A stretch of 64,000 nucleotides of DNA from Sphingobium sp. (lineage in GTDB: Bacteria > Pseudomonadota > Alphaproteobacteria > Sphingomonadales > Sphingomonadaceae), in contig JBFWMJ010000003.1 in the NCBI GenBank assembly GCA_050251675.1, positions 5,128 through 69,127 of the forward strand, in the 5' to 3' direction. Made by a program: the position numbers and the translations under genes. Of this stretch, positions 37,978-47,529 are shown in pieces. Positions within the stretch are counted from its first letter, which is position 1. Each line of letters begins with the position of its first letter. Below the pieces are notes generated by a model that saw only the letters and a program-made list of their open reading frames with translations, did not search any database and was not told where the DNA came from.

Positions 37978-38514
37978 TCAGCTCTTAGGCTTGTCCTTGA
38001 GCGCCAGCAGGGCGGCAAACGGGCTTGCCTGCTCTTCGGTCAGCACGCCCGCCGCGCGCAGCACCGCATCGGCATCATGCGCACGGGGATATGGGGTCAT
38101 GACCAGCGCCAGCGTCTCGGCCACCGCCTCCCCCATATCGATGGCCTGCCCGTCATAGCCGATCACATCATATTCCTCCGCATCGACTTCCAGCGCTTCG
38201 CCCTCGGCCGGGCCGTCCTGTTCGACGACGAAACGCAGGGCAAAGTCGTTGTCGACCTGTTCCGGGACCGGGGCGCCCGTCGCGACACAGGGCTGCGACA
38301 GGGTCGCACGGATGCGTCCGCGCGCGATGATCACCGGGCCTTCCTCGGTCAGGCTGTAGGTCGCCTCCAGCCGGTCGAGCGCGGTCAGGCCGAAGCGCTT
38401 GGCCAGTGCCGCGCGTTCCTGCGCATCCGCGCTGATCCGGCTGTCGCGCGGATGCCGGCCGACCTGATCGGCGCGGATCGGCCGGGAAAATTCCGGGGCG
38501 GGGACAGCGGTCAT
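37978..38514 (-). CDS. DUF177 (YceD-like) protein
   Basis: The C-terminal 178 aa of the ORF-track 390-aa ORF (MTAVPAPEFSRPIRADQV...QPCVATGAPVPEQVD...DMGEAVAETLALVMTPYPR). ATGA-coupled to the upstream gene. Confidence 0.75.
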   Translation of the reverse strand: MTAVPAPEFSRPIRADQVGRHPRDSRISADAQERAALAKRFGLTALDRLEATYSLTEEGPVIIARGRIRATLSQPCVATGAPVPEQVDNDFALRFVVEQDGPAEGEALEVDAEEYDVIGYDGQAIDMGEAVAETLALVMTPYPRAHDADAVLRAAGVLTEEQASPFAALLALKDKPKS

Positions 38515-39026
38515 CCCAGATCCCCGGCGATCAGCCGGTCGCGCCCGATGCGGCCGATCCGGATCCAGCGATCGCGCACGCCCGCTTCGACATGGTCGAG
38601 CGCGGCGGTCGTCGGCGGATCGCCGCGATAAAGGTTGCGGCTGAGCGCCGCCCTCAGCTCCTCCCCGCCGGCCAGCGCCGCGCGATAGGCGCTCAGCCGG
38701 CCGCCCAGCGCGCTGACCATCCGCCCGACATGCTTGCCGACCACCACGTCGCCGATCCCTTCCTGCCGCAACTGGCCGGTCATATCGTCGATGAACAATT
38801 CGGTCAGCCACACCGCTTCCTGCGCCGCCCCTTCCTGTTCCAGCCGCAACAACGCCAGCGTCATGATGGCGACGACCATGTCGAACCGGCCGTCCACCGT
38901 GTCGGGCACCGCGCCGTCGATATACCAATGGGGTTGCCGCCCCTGCGCCACCACGGCGGCGTAAAGCGGCTGCACGGTCAGCTTGGGGTCGGTACGGGAA
39001 AACAGGCGATGGAACAGGCTGGTCAT
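38511..39026 (-). CDS. ubiquinol-cytochrome c chaperone (Cbp3-like) domain protein
   Basis: 171 aa (LYAAVVAQGRQPHWY...DGRFDMVVAIMTLALLRLE...LFIDDMTGQLRQEGIGDVVVGKHV). It sits in the usual alphaproteobacterial position upstream of DUF177. Confidence 0.7.
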   Translation of the reverse strand: MTSLFHRLFSRTDPKLTVQPLYAAVVAQGRQPHWYIDGAVPDTVDGRFDMVVAIMTLALLRLEQEGAAQEAVWLTELFIDDMTGQLRQEGIGDVVVGKHVGRMVSALGGRLSAYRAALAGGEELRAALSRNLYRGDPPTTAALDHVEAGVRDRWIRIGRIGRDRLIAGDLG

Positions 39027-39202
39027 GGCGGATCGTGCAGTCTTCGCGCTGGAAAGGGCGGCGGGCGGGGTGGCGGTGCGCGGACGGCCTCTTGCCGGAA
39101 GCCGCGCATTTCCATATTGATCGGCGCGCCGCCCAATGCAATGGCGGCATGATGGTTTCTTGGATTTCGGTTTCGGGGGCCGCCGCCCTTCAGGAGAATA
39201 GG

Positions 39203-39745
39203 ATGCGCCAGTTCCGCCGCCAGCCCCGCAGCCGCCAGTCGCGCCCGGCCCGGTCCCGTCATGGGCGGATCATGATCGCACTCGGCCTGGGCGCCGTGCT
39301 GATCGCCACGTCCGCCTGTACGCGCATCCGCACGCATCAGGGGTATCAGGTCGACAAGCTGCTGGTCGATTCGGTCCAGCCCGGCATCGACAACCGCGCG
39401 TCGGTGGAAGGCACGCTGGGCCGGCCGACCTTCACCGCGCAATTCGGTGACGCGGACTGGTACTATGTCTCCCGCAATATGCGCCAGCTCGCCTTTTCCA
39501 ATCCCAAGGCGGTGGACCAGACGGTATTGCACATACGCTTCGACGCGGCCGGGAATGTCGTTTCGGTCAATCGCATGGGTCTGGAACAGGTCGCGAAAAT
39601 CTCTCCTGCGGGGGACAAGACGCCGACGCTGGGTCGCCATCGCAGCCTTTTCGACGAGATATTCGGCAATATCGGCGCGGTCGGTGCCGGTGGCATGGGC
39701 GGCGGCGGGGGCGGCAGCAACACCGGTGGCCCCAACGGCAGCTGA
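39203..39745 (+). CDS. bamE: outer-membrane protein assembly factor BamE (SmpA/OmlA)
   Basis: Lipobox ATSAC, HQGYQVDKLLVDSVQPGIDNRASVEGTLGRPT..., and a Gly-rich tail. AGGAG ribosome-binding site before the ATG at 39203. Confidence 0.75.
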   Translation: MRQFRRQPRSRQSRPARSRHGRIMIALGLGAVLIATSACTRIRTHQGYQVDKLLVDSVQPGIDNRASVEGTLGRPTFTAQFGDADWYYVSRNMRQLAFSNPKAVDQTVLHIRFDAAGNVVSVNRMGLEQVAKISPAGDKTPTLGRHRSLFDEIFGNIGAVGAGGMGGGGGGSNTGGPNGS

Positions 39746-39755
39746 CGCAGAGCGC

Positions 39756-40271
39756 TCAGCCCTTGAGCTGAAGCGCCAGGCCGGCGACCGTCATGACGAC
39801 TTCGTCCGCCACCTGCGCCACCGCCTGATTGATCGTCCCGGCCACGTCGCGGAACCGCCGCGCCAGCGCATTGTCGGGCACGATACCTAAGCCCACTTCG
39901 TTCGATACGAGGATCAGCGGACCCGCCGCCGCCCCGATCGCGCCCACCAGGTCCGCAGTCGCGCGCTCCACACAATGATCCCCCAGCAGCAGGTTGCTGG
40001 CCCACAGGGTCAGGCAGTCGACCAGCAGCACCGTGCCGGGGGCGGCATGCGCGCGAATCGCGTCGGCCACGGCGACCGGTGCCTCGATCGTCCGCCACCG
40101 CGCGCCGCGATCGGCGCGATGGCGGGCGATGCGCGCGCGCATCTCCGCATCGAAGGCCTGACCCGTCGCGACGAACAGCAGCGCGCCGTCCAGCGCTTCG
40201 GCGCGCGCCTGGGCAAACCGGCTCTTGCCCGACCGGGCGCCGCCCAACACCAGCAGGCTGCGGCCGGTCAT
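39756..40271 (-). CDS. cobU: adenosylcobinamide kinase / adenosylcobinamide-phosphate guanylyltransferase
   Basis: 171 aa. P-loop LVLGGARSGKSRFA and LLVDCLTLW...LVSNEVGLGIVP. Also called CobP. ATGA-coupled to cobQ. Confidence 0.85.
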   Translation of the reverse strand: MTGRSLLVLGGARSGKSRFAQARAEALDGALLFVATGQAFDAEMRARIARHRADRGARWRTIEAPVAVADAIRAHAAPGTVLLVDCLTLWASNLLLGDHCVERATADLVGAIGAAAGPLILVSNEVGLGIVPDNALARRFRDVAGTINQAVAQVADEVVMTVAGLALQLKG

Positions 40272-41731
40272 GGCACGGGCGCCGACAGGGCCATGGCGGC
40301 CAGCGCATCGACGTCCAGATAGCGCTCCAGCGCGGCGGCGATCTCCTCCATCGCGGCGTCGACCGCCCGGGCATGATCGGTGCCGGTGGAACGCGCGCCG
40401 ATTCGGTCCAGCAGCGCCGCGCGCAACGGCGCGCCGGCCAGCAGGCCGTGGACATAGGTGCCCATGACCCGCCCGTCGGCGCTGACCGCGCCATCGGTCC
40501 CGCCGTCGTCGAGCCGGGCGAAGGGTCGCGCGCAATCGGCGCCGCGTGTCACTCCCATGTGCATTTCATAGCCGCCGAGCGGACGGTCGAGCGCCACCCC
40601 GCTTACCTGGCGCAGCGTCTTGGCCGGGGCGAGCGTGGTGGCCACGTCGAGCAGGCCGAGACCCGCCACCTCGCCCGCCGGGCCTTCCACCCCGTCCGGG
40701 TCGGCGATGGTTGCGCCCAGCATCTGATACCCGCCGCACAGGCCCAGCACGCCGCCCCCCCGCCGGTGGTGGGCGGCGATATCGATGTCCCATCCTTCGG
40801 CGCGCAGATGGCGCATGTCGGCGATCGTCGCCTTGGACCCCGGCAGAACGATCAGCGCGGCGTCGGCGGGGATGGGCTGGCCGGGCGGCACCATGACCAG
40901 CGCGACCGCCGGTTCCAGCTTCAACGGATCGAGATCGTCGAAATTGGCGATGCGCGGCAGGATGGGGCAGGCGATGACGATACGGCCGTCGGCCGCACCG
41001 GCCCGTTTTTCCAGCACCACCGCGTCCTCGCTCGGCAGGCGGGCCGTCGCCGCCAGCCAGGGCACCACGCCATAGCCGCGCCATCCCGACAATGCCTCCA
41101 TCTGGCGATAGCCGTCCTCGAACAGGGCCGGATCGCCACGGAATTTGTTGATGATGAACCCGCGGATCATCGCCGCGTCGTCGGGGTCAATCACCGCGCG
41201 GGTGCCCACCACCGATGCGATCACGCCGCCACGATCGATATCGCCCACCAGCACGACCGGCACGCCCGCCGCGCGCGCAAAGCCCATATTGGCGATGTCG
41301 CCCGCGCGCAGATTGATTTCGGCGGGGGACCCCGCGCCTTCCACCACCACAATGTCGCACTGCGCGGCCAGCCGGCGATAGCTGTGCATCACCTCCCCCA
41401 GCAGCGCCCCGCGCGCCTGACGGAAATTGCCGGTGTCCAGCGTGCCGCGCACCTGCCCATGGACGATCAGTTGCGACCCCCGGTCGGCCTGCGGCTTCAG
41501 CAGCACGGGGTTCATGTCGCTGTGGAGCGGCACGCGGGCGGCGATCGCCTGCATGGCCTGCGCCCGCCCGACCTCTCCGCCATCGGTGGTGACCGCCGCA
41601 TTGTTGGACATGTTCTGCGGCTTGAACGGGCGAACGGCATAGCCGCGATTGGCAAAGGCTCGGCACAGACCGGCGACCAGCACGGACTTGCCGACGTCCG
41701 ATCCCGTTCCCTGCAGCATCAGCGCGCCCAT
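40268..41731 (-). CDS. cobQ: cobyric acid synthase
   Basis: MGALMLQGTGSDVGKSVLVAGLCRAF..., plus a C-terminal glutamine amidotransferase motif GLCGGYQMLG. Confidence 0.9.
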   Translation of the reverse strand: MGALMLQGTGSDVGKSVLVAGLCRAFANRGYAVRPFKPQNMSNNAAVTTDGGEVGRAQAMQAIAARVPLHSDMNPVLLKPQADRGSQLIVHGQVRGTLDTGNFRQARGALLGEVMHSYRRLAAQCDIVVVEGAGSPAEINLRAGDIANMGFARAAGVPVVLVGDIDRGGVIASVVGTRAVIDPDDAAMIRGFIINKFRGDPALFEDGYRQMEALSGWRGYGVVPWLAATARLPSEDAVVLEKRAGAADGRIVIACPILPRIANFDDLDPLKLEPAVALVMVPPGQPIPADAALIVLPGSKATIADMRHLRAEGWDIDIAAHHRRGGGVLGLCGGYQMLGATIADPDGVEGPAGEVAGLGLLDVATTLAPAKTLRQVSGVALDRPLGGYEMHMGVTRGADCARPFARLDDGGTDGAVSADGRVMGTYVHGLLAGAPLRAALLDRIGARSTGTDHARAVDAAMEEIAAALERYLDVDALAAMALSAPVP

Positions 41732-42654
41732 GCGGTCACCCCTGCGATCGCCCACAGACACAGGCAGGCGCGGACATAAATGCCCAGCGCGCGGTCGATA
41801 TCGGCCCCCACGGCCGTGGTTCGCCCGTCGCCGATCCATGGCTTGTCGGCGGCAACGCCGTCATAGGATAGCGGCCCGGCCAGCCGGATGCCAAGCGCCC
41901 CCGCCATGGCGGCTTCGGGCCAGCCGGCATTGGGGGACGCATGGCGCGACGCGTCGCGCAGCATCACGCGCCAGCCGCCACCGACGATGCACAGCAGCAC
42001 GCCCGCCACCCGCGCGGGGATCAGGTTGGCCAGATCGTCGGCCCGCGCCGACGCCCATCCAAAGGCGCGCCATCGCGGTTCGCGATGGCCGATCAGGCTG
42101 TCGGCGGTATTGATCGCCTTGTACGCCCACAGGCCGGGCAGTCCCAGCAGCATCAGCCAGAACAGCGGCGCAACCACCCCGTCGCAAAAACTTTCGGCCA
42201 GGCTTTCGATGGCAGCGCGCGCCACGCCCCCTTCATCCAGCGCGGCGGTGTCACGGCCCACGATCCTGCCAACGGCGGCGCGTCCGCCGGCCACGCCGTC
42301 GGTTTCCAGCGCGCGCGCGACCGCACGGACATGGCCATACAGGCTGCGCTGCGCCAGCCCCGGCACCGCCAGCAGCGCGATGCCGATCCAGCCCCAGGGG
42401 CCGGGCAGGCGCAGCAGCATGGCCTGCATCAGCCAGGCCGGCCCCGCCGCAATCAGGATAAGGAGCAACAGCGTGGCGACACCGGCCGCGCGCCGCCGGC
42501 CGGCCCCCTGCTCCGGCCGGTTCCAGCGCGTCTCGCACCACGCGATCAGGGCAGCGAAAGCGCCGACCGGATGCCCGATGCGACGATAGACGGCGCCCGG
42601 CCAGCCGACGGCCGCCTCGCCCGCCAGCGCCAGCAGTGCCACCGGCTCAGCCAT
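41719..42654 (-). CDS. cbiB: adenosylcobinamide-phosphate synthase
   Basis: Polytopic membrane protein with the CbiB/CobD signature ...RHASPNAGWPEAAMAGALGIRLAGP.SYDG. It overlaps cobQ by 13 nt. Confidence 0.85.
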   Translation of the reverse strand: MAEPVALLALAGEAAVGWPGAVYRRIGHPVGAFAALIAWCETRWNRPEQGAGRRRAAGVATLLLLILIAAGPAWLMQAMLLRLPGPWGWIGIALLAVPGLAQRSLYGHVRAVARALETDGVAGGRAAVGRIVGRDTAALDEGGVARAAIESLAESFCDGVVAPLFWLMLLGLPGLWAYKAINTADSLIGHREPRWRAFGWASARADDLANLIPARVAGVLLCIVGGGWRVMLRDASRHASPNAGWPEAAMAGALGIRLAGPLSYDGVAADKPWIGDGRTTAVGADIDRALGIYVRACLCLWAIAGVTAWAR

Positions 42655-43633
42655 GGCCCGGCATCCTATGACCCAGCGCCCCGTCAAGCCGGTCCAGCGC
42701 CGCCGGACCGGCCGGCAGGCCGATGCGCAGCCAGCGGCGATCATGGTCGAAAGGCCTGGTCAGGATCGCCCGGCGCGCCAGCCGGTCGAACAGCGCCGCC
42801 GCATCATCCGTTTCGATCAGGCGGAACAGCGGACAGGCGCCACGCGGCGCGAAACCATGGGCGCGCAGCACAGCGTCGAGCGCCGCGCTTTCCCGTTCCA
42901 GCGTGGCCCGCATCGCCGCGATCCACGCCCCGTCGCGATAGGCGGCGATGCCGATGGCGATCGCCGCCGCCGACACCGGCCAGGCGCCCAGCCTGTCCCG
43001 AACGCCCGCGATCAACGGCGCGGGACCGATGACGAACCCCAGCCGGACTCCGGCCAGGCCGAAAAATTTACCGAACGAACGGAAAAGGACCAGCGGCACG
43101 TCGTCTCCCACCTGCCCGGCCATGCTCGTTTCAGGGCGCGGGTCGGCAAAGGCTTCATCGATCACCAGCCAGCCACCGGCATCCCACCGGCGCGCCAGCA
43201 GGGCGGCGCAATCGGTCAGCCGTCCGTCGGGATTGTTGGGGTTGGCGAGGATCAGCGTGCCGCCGCCGATCCCGTCCACCTCTTCCGGCGCCACGGGACG
43301 GGCTCCGCCCAGCATGACGGCATGGGTGCGATAGGACGGCGCGAGGTGACAGGCCGGGCCGGGCAGCAGGCCGGTAATGGCCCGCAGCCCGATTTCCGTG
43401 CCGGGCACCGCGCACAACTGCGCCGGCGCGACACCGAAACAGCTGGCGGCCGCCCGTTCGAGCATCGCCAGATCCCGTTCGTCCGGCAACCGCCGCCAAT
43501 CAATCCGCATGGCATCGGCATGGGGCCAGCCATGAGGATTGATGCCGGTCGACAGGTCGATCCAATCGCCCGCCCCGCCATAGGCGGCCTGCGCATCGGC
43601 CAGACGGCCGCCATGGAATGTCCAGGCGTTCAC
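42647..43633 (-). CDS. cobD: threonine-phosphate decarboxylase (class I/II aminotransferase fold)
   Basis: VNAWTFHGG...DLSTGINP...FRSFGKFFGLAGVRLGF (PLP-lysine context). The GTG start overlaps the cobS stop (GTGA). This is CobC in Pseudomonas nomenclature. Confidence 0.75.
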   Translation of the reverse strand: MNAWTFHGGRLADAQAAYGGAGDWIDLSTGINPHGWPHADAMRIDWRRLPDERDLAMLERAAASCFGVAPAQLCAVPGTEIGLRAITGLLPGPACHLAPSYRTHAVMLGGARPVAPEEVDGIGGGTLILANPNNPDGRLTDCAALLARRWDAGGWLVIDEAFADPRPETSMAGQVGDDVPLVLFRSFGKFFGLAGVRLGFVIGPAPLIAGVRDRLGAWPVSAAAIAIGIAAYRDGAWIAAMRATLERESAALDAVLRAHGFAPRGACPLFRLIETDDAAALFDRLARRAILTRPFDHDRRWLRIGLPAGPAALDRLDGALGHRMPGHG

Positions 43634-44355
43634 CGCGCCGCGCTCATGACCAGCACGGCCAGCAGCAGTCCGGTCTCGACCAGTTCGATGCCCGCGCCAT
43701 GACCATCGCCCGAAATGCCGCCCAGCGTCCGGCGCAGGCGCCACCCCCACAACGCCATGCCGATCGGCGCGCACAGCAGCGCCGGCAGAAACCATGCCGC
43801 AACAGCGAGCGCGAGCATCCACAGGGCGAGGTCGACCGGCCGGACAGCGCCGCGAAACCGCGCGCCAAGGCCGGCATGAAGCGGCGGCAGCCACCGCGTC
43901 CACAGCAGCGGGCCGATGCGCGCCGCGAAGGGGATGAGCAGCAGCGCGAGCGCGCCACCGTCATGCTTCAGCAGCGCATATAGCAGGACCAGCTTGGCCA
44001 TGAGTTGCAGGACGATCGCGACGACACCGAAACTGCCGACATGCGGATCGGCAAGCACGGCGCGCAGACGGTCCGGTCCCTTGTGAACGGCGCCGAACGC
44101 GTCGTGAATATCGGCCAGCCCGTCCAGATGGAGCGCCCCGGTTATCCAGACCCATGCCACCAGCACGGCGAGCGCCCCGACCCAGGGATCGACCAGACCC
44201 CCGACCCACCCCGCCGCCGCAAGGCAGGCACCGATCGCCAGCCCGGCGGCGGGGAACCAGCGCATCGACGCGGCAAAGTCCGCTTCATCCGCCCGCACCG
44301 GCGGCGTCGGCAGGCGGGTCAGGAAACGAATGGCCAGGAACAGGCCGGTGCTCAT
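43630..44355 (-). CDS. cobS: adenosylcobinamide-GDP ribazoletransferase (cobalamin synthase)
   Basis: MSTGLFLAIRFLTRLPTP...HLDGLADIHDAFG is the CobS/CobV family signature. Polytopic membrane protein. Confidence 0.85.
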   Translation of the reverse strand: MSTGLFLAIRFLTRLPTPPVRADEADFAASMRWFPAAGLAIGACLAAAGWVGGLVDPWVGALAVLVAWVWITGALHLDGLADIHDAFGAVHKGPDRLRAVLADPHVGSFGVVAIVLQLMAKLVLLYALLKHDGGALALLLIPFAARIGPLLWTRWLPPLHAGLGARFRGAVRPVDLALWMLALAVAAWFLPALLCAPIGMALWGWRLRRTLGGISGDGHGAGIELVETGLLLAVLVMSAAR

Positions 44356-44927
44356 GGCCACAGCGCGGCGATCTGCGCCGATGCGGGTTCCCCCGGCCAG
44401 ACCCTGAGCGACAGGAGCGACGCATAAGGCAGGTCGAACGCCCACAGCCCACGCTGGTCAAAGCCGCACAGATGGGCCAGCGCCGCGCGCATCGCCCCGC
44501 CATGGGTGACGACCAGCGTCGGGCGCGGCGGCAGGGCCGCGATGGCGGCGCCGACACGCGCCAGCAGCGCCGACCATTGTTCCCCGCCCGGCGGCACATG
44601 CGCGTCGGGGTCGTCCCAGAAGCGGGCCAGCGCCCCGGCATCGATGTCCCCGGCCGCCTTTCCGTCCCACGCGCCGAAGTCCAGTTCCCGCCAGCGCGGG
44701 TCGGTCGTCACCGACAACCCCAGCCGGTCGCCGATGGCCTGCGCCGCCGCCCCGGCACGCCGCAGGTCGGAACTGACCACCGCCTCCACCCCCAGATCGC
44801 CGACCTGATCGACGCAGGCCGCGACGCCCGCCGCCGTCGCCGCGCAATCGGTCCGGCCCAGAAACAGGCCGGTGACATCCGGCGCGCCATGGCGCAGCAG
44901 ATGGAGGGCGAAGGGCGTCGGGGTCAT
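44352..44927 (-). CDS. cobC: alpha-ribazole phosphatase (histidine phosphatase family)
   Basis: 191 aa. LHLLRHGAP (RHG motif) and ...VVTHGGAMRA. It sits between cobT and cobS. Confidence 0.75.
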   Translation of the reverse strand: MTPTPFALHLLRHGAPDVTGLFLGRTDCAATAAGVAACVDQVGDLGVEAVVSSDLRRAGAAAQAIGDRLGLSVTTDPRWRELDFGAWDGKAAGDIDAGALARFWDDPDAHVPPGGEQWSALLARVGAAIAALPPRPTLVVTHGGAMRAALAHLCGFDQRGLWAFDLPYASLLSLRVWPGEPASAQIAALWP

Positions 44928-45940
44928 GGCTGATCGCCCGCTATGCCGGCCTGCGCGAAGGTCGCCATGTCCGCGTGCGCGGCCAGCGCGGACCGGATGA
45001 CGGCCACGGCGACGGCGGCGCCGCTTCCCTCGCCCAGCCGCATGCCCAGACCCAGCAGGGGGTGAAGACCCAGCCGGTCGAGCAGACGCGCATGCCCCGG
45101 TTCGGCCGAGCGATGGCCGGCGATGCAATGATCGATGATCGCCGGGTTCGCGGCGGCCAGCGGGGCGAGCGCGGAACTGCTGATGAACCCGTCCAGCACC
45201 ACGGGAATATGCAGCTGGCGCGCGCGCAGAACCGCGCCTGCGATAGCGGCGATTTCCCGCCCGCCGACCCGTCGCAATGTTTCGACCGGCGTCAGCGGCG
45301 CGCCTTCATGCCGTTCCAGCGCCGTCGCCACCACCGCGTTTTTGCGGGCCAGCCCGCTGTCGTCGACCCCCGTGCCGGGGCCAACCCAACCGGCCGGATC
45401 GCCGCCGAAACTGCGCGCGCACAGCGCGGCCGCCGCGGTCGAATTGCCGATGCCCATCTCTCCCACAGCCAGCAGGTCGAGGTCGGGATCGACGGCGCCC
45501 GCGCCCGCCGACAGGGCCGACAAACACTCCGCCTCACTCATCGCCGGGCCGCGCGTGAAATCCTGCGTCGGCCGATCCAGATCGATCGCGACAATCTTCA
45601 GGTCCATCCCCGCCGCGCTGGCCAGCGCGTTAATCGCCGCGCCGCCGGCGTGGAAATTCGCAACCATCTGGACGGTGACGGCGGGGGGAAAGGCGCTTAC
45701 GCCGTGCACGGTGACACCGTGATTGCCGGCGAAGACAGCCATACGCGCACGCCGCAACTGCGGTATAGCGCGTCTCTGCCAACCCGCCAGGAACAGCGCG
45801 ACATCCTCCAGCCGGCCAAGCGATCCGGCGGGTTTGGTCAGTTGCGCCTGCCGCGCGCGCGCGGCGTCGATGGCGGCCGGATCGGGCCGGGTCAGCGCGG
45901 CAAGCGCGGCGTCGAAATCGGAACGGCTGGCAAAGCTCAT
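44924..45940 (-). CDS. cobT: nicotinate-nucleotide--dimethylbenzimidazole phosphoribosyltransferase
   Basis: LTKPAGSLGRLEDVALFLAGWQ...GEMGIGNSTAAAAL...GEGSGAAVAV are CobT hallmarks. Confidence 0.9.
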   Translation of the reverse strand: MSFASRSDFDAALAALTRPDPAAIDAARARQAQLTKPAGSLGRLEDVALFLAGWQRRAIPQLRRARMAVFAGNHGVTVHGVSAFPPAVTVQMVANFHAGGAAINALASAAGMDLKIVAIDLDRPTQDFTRGPAMSEAECLSALSAGAGAVDPDLDLLAVGEMGIGNSTAAAALCARSFGGDPAGWVGPGTGVDDSGLARKNAVVATALERHEGAPLTPVETLRRVGGREIAAIAGAVLRARQLHIPVVLDGFISSSALAPLAAANPAIIDHCIAGHRSAEPGHARLLDRLGLHPLLGLGMRLGEGSGAAVAVAVIRSALAAHADMATFAQAGIAGDQP

Positions 45941-46344
45941 TCGGCGACATATCCGGCAGGCGGCATGCGCGTGATGAAATGGCCTTTTACGCCCTGCGGC
46001 CAATCGGCGAACGGCACGCGGCCATGGGCGCTTGCCGCATGATGCACAGCATAATCCAATATCGCCCGTGCCGCCGCCTCGTCCGGTGCGAAACGGCCCA
46101 GCACATAACCAATCTTGCCGGGTGCCCGGATGTGGACGGTGCAGAAATCGGCGCAGGCGAACAGGCACGGCATGGCCTGCACGGCAATGCCGTCATAGCG
46201 ATTGTCGGCCGCCTTGACGGCGTTCAGCGCCGCGATCAGGCGCGCGCCGCCACGCACGCCCTGCGCATCGTCCCGCGCATCGCGCGACAGGCGGCATGTG
46301 CTGCACGCCACGACCGACGGTCCGTCCTCTACCTGGCGCAGCAT
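45937..46344 (-). CDS. DUF1636 Cys-rich (thioredoxin-like, putative metal/Fe-S binding) protein
   Basis: 135 aa with VVACSTCRLS and AMPCLFACADFCTV cysteine clusters. GGGAGG ribosome-binding site. It is the first gene downstream of the minus-strand cobalamin riboswitch. Confidence 0.7.
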   Translation of the reverse strand: MLRQVEDGPSVVACSTCRLSRDARDDAQGVRGGARLIAALNAVKAADNRYDGIAVQAMPCLFACADFCTVHIRAPGKIGYVLGRFAPDEAAARAILDYAVHHAASAHGRVPFADWPQGVKGHFITRMPPAGYVAE

Positions 46345-46560
46345 GACACGGCCTCCCACGCCGGGACGGTCGTGCACGGACAGGACGGGAAACAGACAGG
46401 AAAATCCAACATCGAACAAGCGCCCATGGCAATGGACCGATGCGCGGGATGTCGCTTTCCCCCTTCGGGCATGACGACAGCCCCGGCAACATGGCCCGGA
46501 CTCGTCGTCTCGCGGGTTCACCCCGTCCGCCCGGCACACCCTGTCCGCGCGAAGGACGAC

Positions 46561-46730
46561 CGCGACGGGCAGGTCTCCTGGCTTGCGGGTCCATGCCGAT
46601 CCGCGCCGCCTTCTCAGGATCATGAATCCCAATGGCATGAGGCGCTGCGGCTCACCGCTCACAGTTGCAGGGGCAGCCGGGGCGTCGAACCCCGTTCCCA
46701 TTTTCATCCCCGGCCGGGGAACCTGTCGCG
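46561..46730 (-). promoter_or_regulatory. cobalamin (B12) riboswitch aptamer
   Basis: The gene strand reads ...AAAATGGGAACGGGGTTCGACGCCCCGGCTGCCCCTGCAACTGTGAGCGGTGAGCC...ATGCCATTGGGA...GAGAAGGCGG...CGCAAGCCAGGAGACCTGCC. The last element (46568-46584) matches the B12-box consensus. About 216 nt of expression platform follow before the DUF1636 ATG. Confidence 0.8.
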
Positions 46731-46929
46731 GCTGCGGGCCTAGAAGCGATAGTGCAGCGCGTCAATATCGATCATGGCGCCGCACGGGCGAGCGGACCAG
46801 CATCGCCCCCATAACCGGAAGCTCTTACGACAGCATCCCTTGCGCCGGGAACGCCGCGACGCTGATCAATGGTGGGCGATCATTGTGCGCGTTAATCCGG
46901 GGGATAGATGATCGCGCTATGACCAGCCA

Positions 46930-47529
46930 ATGATCAATGCGCATTTCGGCACCTTTCGCGGCCTCGTCCGTCTGGCCCTGTCCTATCCGCAGCTGACGCT
47001 GAACCGCGCGGAGGTACGCGCGCCCGATCCGGCCGCGATACGCAGGCTGGTGTTCGTCTGCCAGGGGAATATCTGCCGCAGCGCCTTTGCCGAGGTGGCC
47101 GCGCGGGCGGCCGGGATGAACACGGCCTCGCTTGGCCTCTCCACCACCTCCGGCCGGCCCGCCCATGGCCCGGCGATCGATGCGGCGCGGCAACTGGGCC
47201 ATGACCTGTCGGCGCACAGGGCAACCGACCTGGCCGATTATAGGCCCCGTCCCGGCGACCTGCTGCTGGCGATGGAGGTGCGGCAACTGCATCGGCTGGC
47301 GGCCGATCCGCGCCTCTCGGCGGGGCCGCGCATGCTGCTCGGCCAATGGACCCAGCCGATGCTGCCGCATCTGCACGACCCGTATCTGCTCGACGCGCGC
47401 TACATGCTCCGCTGCCTCGCCCGCATAGAAGGCGCGGTGGGCGCGCTGGTCACCGCTTTCCCGAACGCACGACTTTCCGCAGCACCTGACACAGGTCGCG
47501 CAGCCACGGACGCGGGTCCGACAGGGTAA
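46930..47529 (+). CDS. low-molecular-weight protein-tyrosine phosphatase family protein
   Basis: VFVCQGNICRSAFAE (the CX5R(S/T) P-loop) and a downstream DP general-acid context (HLHDPY). Confidence 0.75.
   Translation: MINAHFGTFRGLVRLALSYPQLTLNRAEVRAPDPAAIRRLVFVCQGNICRSAFAEVAARAAGMNTASLGLSTTSGRPAHGPAIDAARQLGHDLSAHRATDLADYRPRPGDLLLAMEVRQLHRLAADPRLSAGPRMLLGQWTQPMLPHLHDPYLLDARYMLRCLARIEGAVGALVTAFPNARLSAAPDTGRAATDAGPTG

Noticed and set aside
37978-39150. A 390-aa ORF that appears to fuse an Arg/Gly-rich N-terminus to the DUF177 protein and overlaps the Cbp3-like gene.
   Set aside because: Only the last 178 aa resemble DUF177. An internal ATG (38514) overlaps the stop of the Cbp3-like gene (ATGA). 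The upstream part is simply an open alternative frame of that gene.
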